Assembly: GCA_965285935.1 (NCBI GenBank)
Contig: OZ260662.1
Coordinates: 97,030,001-97,094,000 of the forward strand
Origin: Ophelia neglecta
Taxonomy: Eukaryota
Reading direction: 5' to 3'
Length of the DNA: 64,000 nucleotides
Shown here one piece after another: positions 1 through 11,550 of the stretch (positions are counted from its first letter, which is position 1; every line of letters begins with the position of its first letter). A program made the position numbers and the translations under genes. The notes under the pieces are model-generated. The model ran no database searches and was not told where the DNA came from. It saw nothing but the letters and a program-made list of their open reading frames with translations.

Positions 1-3000
1 GTTTTAATGTTAACTGCAAAATCTGCCATCTTTTACAGCCCACTTAAATTACACAAATCACAGTAATTGAGTCATGTTTAAATCTCCTACACAGACCCAA
101 ACAGTTGACTTTTTTTAGAAATAAAACTAGTGTCCTATATCATTGAACAAAGCGCTTTGATGCGTTGATTTGCGTAGGCATGTGTGTTGTTGATTGTCCT
201 AGCATAAGCTCAATTTTCATAATAACTAATGATCTATTTATATCAATAATTTCAAAGTTTATATATGTTAGGATCATGTATCAATGACAGAGTAACATTT
301 CATGTAGAGAACATTTACTATGGAAGGCGATTTGGGGGTGGGGGTGGCAGGCAAAACCTTACTTCGGTGGCATCAAGAAGTTTATGACCCCCACCCCGCC
401 CCTCCCCCTCCCCCGTGAGAGACCGCGCCAATTTTGTTGGCTAAAACACTGCTGTAATACAAAAGGTAATGGTTTTCATTGAAAACTTAAAAAGTAAAAT
501 GAATTAAAATAACTGCGCGAAGCGCCAGAAACCATTGGTCCCAATTTCATACCTTATTTTTATAACTGATGTATGTGTTTTCTGTGTGTATAACTTGAAT
601 TCACATTGTTGAGTTGTTGTGACACACTCTTACTTATACTGGTCGCCTCCTTCCGAGCGCTGTAGTAATAACTTTCCACATGCTGCAACTTTCCACCCCC
701 TTTTTAATGCACCCTGACCACAATAGCCGTAAGCGGGTTATCTTAGTGATCTGACTGGCCAATGAAAGTGGCAATAACGTCTTCTTTGGTATTACATTTT
801 CTACCGGTAATTTCTATATCAAGCACTGAAGATTCTTAAGAAGTTCCTTAATATAAAAAAGTCATATTAATGAATACACATTTTCATTGGTACCTTTTGG
901 AGTAGCATGCCCTCACAAAAATTTAATGTAAGATTGTTATGTATGCCTTCTTGTATTAAGAGACATATATTTGAAATCACAGCTTCCCTATTAAATGTTG
1001 AATTGCTTCCAAATATTTAATGATTTTTCATGTCACATTTGTCCAGGGGTACTGCTTCCATCCTCATTTATTCTCTTGGCACGGTCGGTGATATATATTA
1101 ATGCACCATTCTCTTCAAAATCATGTTGATTGAGGATGTGAGCTTCTATATTCCCAGGAAATAGGTTATAAAACCGAGAGGCATGGTAAAGTACTTAAAA
1201 TACAGTGTAAACGTCCAGCTCGATGAACAAACTTCCAAACCCCATTATCCACATTTATTGTCGCTATATGAACATCAACAGGAAATGATAGCCACGATCC
1301 TTTTCAGCTGCTCCTTTGAAATAATCAACTAGGGTTTGTATTTATGATAGTCTCTAGGGTAATTCATTGATTATGGTAATATAATAATAGATACAATGTG
1401 CACATTGCTCCCTACTTTCCCTTTCTTAGCATTTGCCTATTGCACCGCTGTTATCAGGGCACACATAAAAGGATTTATTTTGTTAAAAATATAAAGTAAC
1501 GTAGCTGGCATAATTGGTTTTATAGGAAAAGGTGAAGCCGAAAGTCAACAAACTTGGGCTAGCATGTGCTTATGAAAATGGTGGATTGAAACGTAAAGAA
1601 GTAGACACTTTGATGATAGAAGTTTCTTTGATAAAGAGATACTTTTCTGGCGCTTGTACTTGGCGATCCTTGTTTGAAAGTTCGGTGTAACAAACAAACT
1701 TTGAGGATATAAAGAATCTTCTCGTAACCTTATAGAAATCACACTTGGTACAGTTAATAGCAAGTTCTGGAAAAGGGTCTTTATTTCGGATATATCCCCT
1801 TTGAACTAACATCTGCTTTACTAAGATATATGCTGTAGACCTCAATGGAATTCTTTCTTCGTACTAAAACATAAGGAAACTGGCTCTGACTTTGTGTCGG
1901 TACCTTTTTTAACGCATGTAGAATTAGATGAAGTATTTCTTGTTCGAGTGAATATATTTGATTATATATAGTTTAGAATTGCACTCCCCTATCAAAGGAT
2001 GACAGCTATTAAATGCTATGTTGTAGACAAACTCAATGAAACTACTCTGTAACAAATTAGAATATATTTTTAAAAGTGACATGGTAAGCAGAAAAAATAT
2101 ATGCAAGACTATATCAGGAAACCTCTGTAGTTTAAATATCAGATGTAAAGAAAGGTGGTGATGCACTAAATTGTAACATTCCTGATCGAGATTGATAATG
2201 TTTATTTGCCAAGTCCGTTAAGATTACAATAGATGCCAAGTTGCGAAGTTTTTCTATACAAGGTTTCCACCGACTTTGACCAACTAATTGGTGGCAAAAA
2301 ATGTGGCGTCTTCTATGTTTGCTTTTTGTAAACTACTGAAAAAGGAACTTTTGATTATTTCGACTGTGCTGATGTTGGATATTTATGACAACGGCTATTG
2401 GTATGGATGCAATCATAAATTAAGCATAATGAATTTACCAAGCTGCAGTATAGACAGATATTCGAAAAAATAACAATGTAGAATAAAGTAATGTTGAATA
2501 GAAGTAATGTTGATACTACTTACGAAAAGAGTTATTTATTTTTAAAAATATGTCAAAAAAAATGTGATTTTTTATTCCTTGCTTGAGTTTATAATATATT
2601 AATATGAAGTATAAACCAGGTCAACAAATTTAGTCAGCCTTGTCAACTTTCCTTGTCTTTTAATTGTATATTGGCAGCAATACATTAATAATGATGATGA
2701 AATGTGATGACCTTGGGAGTATATGTACTTTATGCTTGTACTTGTAACTAATAAACGCATTGAAATAAGAAGTACGGTAGTAAGATGTATGGGTGATCAA
2801 TTAAGGAATAAATCCGGTTCTGTGAATTTAAAAAAAATTATTAGATAATATCATATTTATAGTAAACCAGTTAAAATCGGATTGACTTATTTGACTAATT
2901 TTTGGGAGCAAATTGAGACCCTCTAGGTGCCTTTTCTATTCGTAGCGTCTACTTAGGGCTTTAACTTGGCAGTTATATCTTTTTAATTTCATTATAAACA

Positions 3001-4182
3001 TCTCATTGCTATTTATTTATTGAATCTTTAGAAATTTACGGAATTTATACCAATGCCATAGTGGCCACCAACGGGAAATGAATTAGTGTGTTATAGCCTA
3101 TATTATCCACGGTATTTTTGCAAAGGCGGTAGCAGCTTCCCAAACTACTATTTTTACTACTTCCATTCCGTGGTTGATTAAAACCGGGCTATATGCATAA
3201 GAAGGGAATATAACATTTGGTGAATGGAAGAATACATTTTGTAGGGTAGTATTTGACTGTTGCATTCGACTGAAATTGATTTACTAATTAGTAAGTAATA
3301 TTTGACCAGCTTAATGTGTTCTGTCACTTTAAAAAAATCTATAATGTTATTTACGAAATGAAACAAGGTAAAATACATTCGCCTAGTTAATAAGCCTCAT
3401 TCCGTTTTAGATTTACAAACAATATCTATTCAGTGAGTTTACAGGATTTCATGAACTACATTTAAAGTGTGTCTCCAATAGGCCTTATGTCTCCCTAACT
3501 TAAAACGTCAAAGGCGCGTTTGTCAATTTTGTACAAAATTTGCCACGGTCCTTTATTTTCCCTTATAAATCATTTACAGTCCTTTATTCTTTAGTCGCTG
3601 TCTTACATTAACCACTGAATCGTTGGTATGTTTTTAAAGATATCAGGGGTATCTGTTGACTGTTTATAATTTTAGTACTTGTTTAACGTTGGCAGCATTT
3701 ATCTTCTTTACGGCGATGGAAGGAGGATATTTATTTTTCTAAGGTTGAAAATCCTAGCGGTAATTGTAGTACTTATGGGAAAACTGTGCGTTATCCGCCT
3801 TCCTGTTAGCGTGGTCCTTTGGCAGATAAACAGGATTTCGATAATAATCAAGTCAGAGATATCGTTTAGAATTGTGTCTTCGTCAAAGAGCGCTCGATGG
3901 TTTACGGTATTCGAACATATGCTTTTGATAGAATCAAACACAAATGCGTTAACGTTTTCAAAATATCAGCATGATTATGCATTTATTCAATACCAAGTAC
4001 AATATAACGTGATACACTTAAACACATGATACATCATATTCCTTACACACTCGTGTTAGTATAGCTGATATCAGACACGTTCGCCATGCCCCTTACATAA
4101 GGTTCAACGACTTCATAACTTGGAAATATTGTCTTTAGTATTTCCGACTTTGGAGCCGGGTTTCTCCCATTGACTCACCTAT

Positions 4183-5388
4183 TCACAAGTAATTCGCCCC
4201 TTTTCCGCGCATGTCACCCATCACAATGACCCCAGTGTATTTAGTTGCGGCATCAGATGAGCTACTGGCGCTGGAGCCGAGACGCTGCGGAGTGGGATTA
4301 CAGAACCTCATTCCACTGTGCCGCTTTCGACACGAAACCAACTGTCGCAGGTCGTCGCGAAACTTTCGGCCGGCGACGAAATACAGAAACACATTGGCGC
4401 AGTGATTCAGGATTTGCAGAGTGAAAGCTACACTATGTAGGACCAAGTATTTCAGAAAGACCTGCTCAGACTTTCGGTGGTCCCAACCTGCACTGCGCAT
4501 CAGAAAAAGAACACACTGTGGTAAGTTACACAGCACAAACACTACTGACACTACTAATGCCGAAACTGTGACATGCATTTGTTGCGAGTCCGAGTCCTTG
4601 CTTCGACAGTTGGACATCCGGTTTAATTTCCTCCTCACTTGATACGCAAGAACAATATTAAAAACTGTCAGGAGGAATACAGGAACAACTGTAAACAATA
4701 CATAGTGCACGGGCGTCCATACATAGATGTAAAAAAGACGATATTCGTTTTTTACAGAACAAACGTATTTGACGGGGTTAGTGTTTGGGCGAGGCGCAGT
4801 GGTCATTGTTATAATGTCCGGCATGCCAAGCAGAACCAAGAACGCTAACAGACAAATATTGGTGATTACACAACCCCTTAAAGTGTATAATCTCTTGTAT
4901 CGAAGTTGGGAGCAGACCATTACTAATCGATCCACTGTCATGAAAATGACTAGCCAGATGGCCACCCCCGGGCAGAACGCCACCAGAAACGACGTGACCT
5001 TGCAACCGGTATGACCTTGATCCACGTGATAGGCGTCCAGAAAAAATTTCATCCCTTTCGTAATCACCGTTAGCATATCCCACAATGCAACATTTGCCAT
5101 TATTAAGTACGCATTTGCTGAATTGGAGTTTATCTGAGGAATGAAGATTGCCATGCAGATCAAATTACCCAGAATTGCAAATGGCAACAATACATAGTAA
5201 CGATATTGCGCCACCGTTATAACATTCTTATATGTATTATGACCCAAAATGTAAGTCCAGTTCAACGTTATAGAAATCGCAATATCCTCCGACAACGCTC
5301 TCTGGGGGCAGTTGTCGGAAATGTTATCCACTAATGTCATATTTGCTAGCGACAAATTCCCACAAGTGGTTGCATTAAGCAGATTCAT
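4183..5388 (-). CDS. Intronless rhodopsin-class (class A) GPCR, FMRFamide/peptide-receptor-like orphan type
   Basis: 401-aa ORF with 7 hydrophobic segments: TM1 'ILGN', TM2 'NVALWD', TM3 'CKV...MTVDRL' (DRY variant), ECL2 Cys 'YVC', TM5 'TVVPVFLL..FN', TM6 'FVLCNLP', TM7 'NHCANVFLY', helix 8 'KFRDDL'. N-terminal sequons NAT, NLS, NMT, NIS, NWT. Subfamily assigned by motif resemblance only. Confidence 0.9.
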   Translation of the reverse strand: MNLLNATTCGNLSLANMTLVDNISDNCPQRALSEDIAISITLNWTYILGHNTYKNVITVAQYRYYVLLPFAILGNLICMAIFIPQINSNSANAYLIMANVALWDMLTVITKGMKFFLDAYHVDQGHTGCKVTSFLVAFCPGVAIWLVIFMTVDRLVMVCSQLRYKRLYTLRGCVITNICLLAFLVLLGMPDIITMTTAPRPNTNPVKYVCSVKNEYRLFYIYVWTPVHYVLFTVVPVFLLTVFNIVLAYQVRRKLNRMSNCRSKDSDSQQMHVTVSALVVSVVFVLCNLPQCVLFLMRSAGWDHRKSEQVFLKYLVLHSVAFTLQILNHCANVFLYFVAGRKFRDDLRQLVSCRKRHSGMRFCNPTPQRLGSSASSSSDAATKYTGVIVMGDMRGKGANYL

Positions 5389-8300
5389 TCTAAATCCCCT
5401 GAAGTCTAGGACAATTAAATGAAAATCTCTTGGTCCGAATGAATGCCGCTCAGTATTCGTCTTTAGGCCTTCTACGAATCACGCCCTTCTTATTACAATA
5501 TTGCAAAGAAATCTTGCTGAAGAAAGCAGTAGTGGTTCCTCACACTTCAGCAGGTTACCACTCAGGATTCTTTATGTGGATCTCATATTGTGCTGTTTCT
5601 TCTGTAACCTCCCGTCCTATTCTCTATGATCCGAGTGGCGCTTTGCCACACTAGATCTATTTGATGTGCTATGGTTTGTTTTCAGACATTGCTGTTGATG
5701 TAGTCATCGAAAAAAAAGTCTTGTAATATTATCCATATCGAAAGCTAGCAGAGCAAACAGTCTACTGTGAAGTAACTATTGTTCGCTGACAGTAAGTTCC
5801 CAAATTTACGAACATCCATTTTTACTCGAAATAAATACCGGGACATTTACACTTTTCATCTTGAATAAACGGCAAATCATCACAACCTTCGGCAAATATC
5901 ATCGCTGAAAATAATTGTAGCTTTGAAAGGTGGAGACGCGAAATACGTGACACAAAGTCCAAGCGTACATTAGTTGAAGTACGGTATCTGGCCGCGTGTA
6001 AATCATAGCCACAGAACTTTATAAACCCCGTGGGAAACATTGTGGCGTGTTTCATCACTAGTGATATATGAAGTAGGGGAGTCTAAAACGGGTATTTTTT
6101 ACCTAAACAAATAGCCAGACTATTGATTGTCATAAAGGCCGCTGATTTATATCATTTGACATATGCTATTCAGTCCCGCAGATCTCTTTGTTTGTTTTGT
6201 GTTATAGTTGTTAAACCAAATGAGACTATCAATCAGCGAAACCTTACATCTCTGTTCACAAATAGATATTAAAACTGTCTGCAATATTTCTAGCTTCAAA
6301 CAATAACATCAACAATGTAAGTCCTGGCACTCGATGTGGATATCGGCGAACACATAACACTCATTGGTCTTTCTAATCGACGCTGAGGACGTGTGTGCAT
6401 AACAATTGATATACAGCTTTTCCTTATTTGTTTTTAATGTCAATACAACTATTTTATCGAAATATATGTTTTGTTGCATTCAACAAGAATCCTTCTTGTA
6501 TGGCGATGTGTCACCTGTTTATATTTGGTTCACACAGTATCCTCAGTGCTGCATTGCTCTGATTGCTTGAGGTCAAGTTCACCACAAACATGTTCATTCT
6601 CCATCTCAACGACGCAATGGACCAGCATAGAGTTCGACGTGTTACTGAAATTATTTAAGAAGGAACAACAAATTTGCCTGCCACTTTTGTGTCTATTTGA
6701 AATTTGTTTGAAGCTACCGATAATCTGAATAAAAGCTTATGCCAAAGAAAAAAAACGGCCTTTCTGGCATTGTGTAAAAGTCAACGTCTGAATTATAGAG
6801 GTTCATTGAAAACGTATACAGCCACATCGAATTGCAGGCTAACTATGTAAAATGTTCGACACACTTACATTTCTATGACTCAATTTGCGCTTGATCCTAG
6901 GATACTACCATCTTCTTTAATAAACTGGACACCCCAATATGCTCGCTGGTTTTTGTGCTCTCTCTTTTCACTTTCTCCATGTCCATCAACATCAATGTAC
7001 ACAAATTGCTAAACATCGATTGTTATCAGTTGTGCCAAATCCCTGTCCTGCATAAGCTACATCGATTTCTCTTATCACATGACCAGTCCGATGGTTGCCT
7101 CGTGAGACATCGAACCCTTCGTCCTGATGTATGCGTAAGAAGTCGAGAAGGAAATTTCCCAGCCGAATGGTAACTACGTCTATAAAGCATGCAAAATGGT
7201 TGATTTTAGCGTCTTATATAGGATTGGCGCCGCTGTGTTGCGCAAATGGGTCTCGCGTCCTTACGGCACGTATTTACAGGGCGTCTGAATTAAGGGTTTC
7301 CATTATCGAAAATAGAAGCAATTTTATTGTTTTTCTTCGTTTTGCAATAAGAATCAGCACCAGTCGGACCCGAAAATAATTTAGAAATACAAACTTTGTA
7401 TATAAAATCAGAAATAATTTCATAGTTTTATGTGTCAGTGGAAATTTATAATCCCTTTGGATGGGAACTGTGATCTCTTGAGTTCTCAGTACCTGACAAG
7501 GATATTGATTTGGTCTTCCCAGTCGTTCTCCCTCTTCTCATAACACTCCTAATTTTGTTTTTATTACCTCATTTCACGTACTTATAGAAGTAATGTGATC
7601 GTCTTGATGGAATTTAGATGTAGTTCCTGGTGTTTCGGGAACCTTGGGGTGCCTTATTTGCAATAGAGTGATGTTGGATACCAATTTGCATGCAGAATCA
7701 AGCAACAAATCAATCGAGGCTAACTAAAAAGATTTGGTATGTTGTCAATAAAAACTCATTGGATTGTAAAAATATGTCATTAACTATTTGTGATTCGTTA
7801 AAATTTGAATTATGTAGACAACTAAAATAACTCATAGGGGAATATTTTCAAAGCAGGTGACCTTTTAATAAATGTCTGCAACAGAAATATTTACATGTGA
7901 ATGTCATGGTAACACACTATGGAGTTCATCCCAGTTTGCATATCCACTTGACTTCCCTATCAAGAACATATTTTCACATGTGGAATGTAGTAGTTCACCA
8001 AACTATTAAGATCCCAATGGAGAAGAGATGTCCTCTCCATAGTCCCAACTTAATGTTGGAGCTTAATCTCATCATGCAAAACAGTTAACTACTTCTCATT
8101 GCAAATTAGATTAATTTTTTTTTACTGTCAATTCCGTTACGTAACATGACCAAATTGCTATAACTATTTACTTGCCTGAAAGGTTTTGTCCACAATAAGA
8201 TAAGTTGATAATTTATGAGTAAACATGACGATTTACTGGTTAATAGTCACTAAGTATCAAGAGTGAAATCCTTATTTCCTTACGGTATACAAAGTCACAA

Positions 8301-9244
8301 GACAATGATATTTCAATCAAAATTACACGAAACTTTTGGACACATTATTTATATTTTTCTGGTAAAATAACTGTTTATTAAACTAAAAAGTCCTCAAGCA
8401 AGGGTAAAGTGCAACAATCAAATAGAAAAAAGGTGCACAGTACGGAATTTTTTCTTTGGTGGACTTTTCACACACAAAACTGGAGTCCCCATGCACATAT
8501 ATCGGTATTATCGCTCTGAATAATGCAGGTAGAGTTATGTTGGTATATAAACTCTTAATTTTACAAGCTGATTACGATAATATTTTCCTCTTAGGACCGT
8601 TAGGACTAATTAATATATATTATAAACATGTGTTATCGGAGATCATTCCACTTGGTTTCACATATTTATCAGAAGGTCTAGTCCATCTTAGACACTTGAT
8701 GTCTTCTTTTCGAAAAATTATATAATCTTTTACTTACTTTGTGTGTTGTGAGGAGAAAACCAAGCTACATAGTACATATAGAGTAAAACATATCATAGCT
8801 ATTTCACAATCAATGAATAACTTGAATTGTAAGTAAAGCGCGTTTTTTTTATTTAATTACACCATAAATACATCAATATTATTGCAATTTCTGTAGCTGT
8901 GCCTTGAGGATAGCATCAGCTGTTTACCAACATAAATCAACATTCACAAGTTCATTTGCGAACCTCTTTTATATTAGACCGCAGGCCCCAAAGGTCGAAT
9001 CAGTCAAAAGCAAGCAAATTTGGCAAGCACACTAATAAATATCGTCGATAGTGAAGAGAGATCTAATATTGCATGTCAACGCTTCAGCTTCGTCGAATCC
9101 AATCTAAACTATCAAGGTCGCCTCTTATTGAGTCCATTTGATTAATTTCACAATCTCTAAGCCAAGGCAATACAGTCTCCAATATCCCAAAACAATAGCC
9201 GACTAAATAGAAGGTTGATTGTTTTGGTATTAATAACAATGATA

Positions 9245-9333
9245 TTAGCTGAGCAAAAAAAAGTTATTGCGCAATAATTTGGTTTTCATTGCAGCAATTT
9301 CAGGAGATCAAGGCAACTTTTTTTTTCAGCTAA
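9245..9333. repeat. Short inverted-repeat element (possible internally deleted MITE)
   Basis: Left end TTAGCTGAGCAAAAAAAAGTT; right end reverse complement TTAGCTGA(A-run)GTT. No convincing TSD. Confidence 0.35.
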
Positions 9334-10828
9334 CAGCGGCGGAACATGCATAGGTACACCGGCACCGAGGCATTAAAAGTATAATTTTCTACTATATAAT
9401 CTCACTTACGTAAACAAAACGAAACGTGTTAATGTCCACATAACCCTATTCCTGAAACTGGCCAGGTAAAATTCATTTATAGAAATTATGATTGATAATA
9501 ATTAATTATTGTGTGATAAGAAACATACAATACTCTAACATAAAAAATAGTAATTGAGCTAGTTAATGGAACAAGGGAAAACGGTGGTTTTTGGAGTGTA
9601 AATGTGATACATAGACGAGAGGCAATACATATAATGCAGTCTAGTGCAGTAAAAGAAGTGCTAGGATTTCGGTTTATTATGATAACGGACAAGAACAGAA
9701 TAGACAATCGTGCATATTTCCTGGTGTTAAAAAAACACCCCAAAATGATGTCTTTAACCAATAAACATCTAGCAATAACAACACACGAAGCCTAGTTCTC
9801 AACGAGCTTCCGTCGACTCACACTCTTAAGTCATTGTAATTGTTCCAGCCGCAGATATTGATTTTGCCTTATATAACGTAAACCCGGCTTCTTTTACGAC
9901 ATGCATAAGTTATGTTTGCATTGTAAACATCCTGTCTTAATGCATTTGATGTGCATTCTAAAAAACAAATGCGGAAGACGGGTGTCATTTGGACATCATG
10001 TTTTAGTGCCTTTATGCACAAAGTACAGACCCCACGAGATTACTTTGCCCACAATAAAGCTAGTTTATGTAGACTACATAAAAAGCATCTAAATTGACGG
10101 TAGGATTTTGACTTTCGTTTCGCCCAAATTAATCCATTCAAGAAGCATTCTATGATTGAAAAAAAACGTTACGGTTTATGGCATAGAATCGTGTACATCG
10201 TATGGATTGCATTCTTTTCTCAAGCATTCTTTTTTCGAAAGCCTTCGGTCTTCATGTTCGTCAGAAATTTGTTGTCTCCAATCACCAGCCTAATACATGC
10301 ACATCCGCGTAAGAGGAAAGGATTTTTTTTTATATATGCTGCCATTTCTCTGAGAAGCAAATCCAACAAAAACTAAAAGATGCCGACATTGTCCAGCGTT
10401 GACCACTGACTGGTATGTTTTATGTTCTGGATCGCATCATAGAAAACTGTTCCCGACTGCTTATTGCTAGTGATATCAAATTAGTTTGTCATAAATGATT
10501 GCTTTTCAATCTTATCCATTGTTGAGGATCCGGGGGTTGATATTTTGGGCTTACAGCTAGCAGTTTCTGAATAAAATTCGGACCAATTTAATTAAAACTT
10601 TAATGATTCTGCATTATCTGGCGAGTATCCATTCACGGTTTCTTGAACCCTGTTCCTGTCGTCGGAAGCAGGCTTGCTTGCATTAGGAGGGTTGGGCATT
10701 GCCACGTTTATATTATGATTTTATTACCATGATTTTTCTACGTTTCCTTAAACATTTCGAACGAGTTCGGTAGTGTGTACCATCTATAACAGCGATTGAC
10801 ATTCGTTCGTACCCGTGATCGTCCTATG

Positions 10829-11550
10829 GCAGAGCTTGTGGTGGGGTTTCTTTATTAGTTCAAAATCGCAGTCCTCAGAGCCGAGTAACCCTGAACACCA
10901 AAATGCAGGCTGTTGTAGTCAGGGTTACCTTACATAAAACAATCACTATTTGTTCCATTTATTGCCCCCCTTAAAAACCATTGAACATGGGTGACCTACA
11001 GTGTCTCCTGGACCAACTCCCAAGTCATGTCGTTCTCCTCGGTGACTTCAATGCTCACAATCCATCCGGTGGAGGAGACACGACGGACTACAAGGGAAGA
11101 CGTCTAGAGGACTTCATTACCATCAATAAATTATCTCTATATAATACCGGAGTTTCTACCTTCCAACATCCATGAAACGGGACACCGACTTCCATAGATA
11201 TTTCTCTATGTGATCCAGTCGTTTTCCTTGATTTCAACTGGAGCTTGACCTCTATGGCAGTTACCATTTTCCTATATGGCTGACCACCACCCAATCGGGA
11301 CCAAAGGAGAGTGCTTGGTTCTCTCCCAGCAAGAAACCATAAAGAAAATCCCCAAAAGAGGAAAAACAGTTGTACTTTTGTGGGTGCCCAGCCACGTGAG
11401 CATCAAAGGCAACGAGGCTGCCGACAAATGTGCAGAAGGAGCTCTGGAAGGTCCAATCTTCCCCGTCCTCTGATTACAAGAGCCCCATCAATCAGTATGG
11501 CTGGAAACAATGGCAGATCGCCTCGGACTAGGACATAGAAAACAGAAAAT
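10829..11550 (+). mobile_element. Decayed non-LTR retrotransposon (I/Nimb/Ingi-like) fragment: APE endonuclease joined to RNase H, RT absent
   Basis: Translates, with stops and frameshifts, to GRACGGVSLLV...TITICSIYCPP, LLGDFNAHNP, KGRRLEDFI, SIDISLC, GSYHFPI (apurinic endonuclease motifs). These are followed almost immediately by VLLWVPSHVSIKGNEAADKCA (RNase H WVPSH..GNE.AD motif) and WKQWQ. Confidence 0.8.

Noticed and set aside
780-2480. Minus-strand stretch with several medium ORFs (1570..1845, 1924..2166) that looks vaguely like a decayed coding sequence
   Set aside because: No recognisable motif in any frame I translated and frequent stops; cannot be supported without a translated search.
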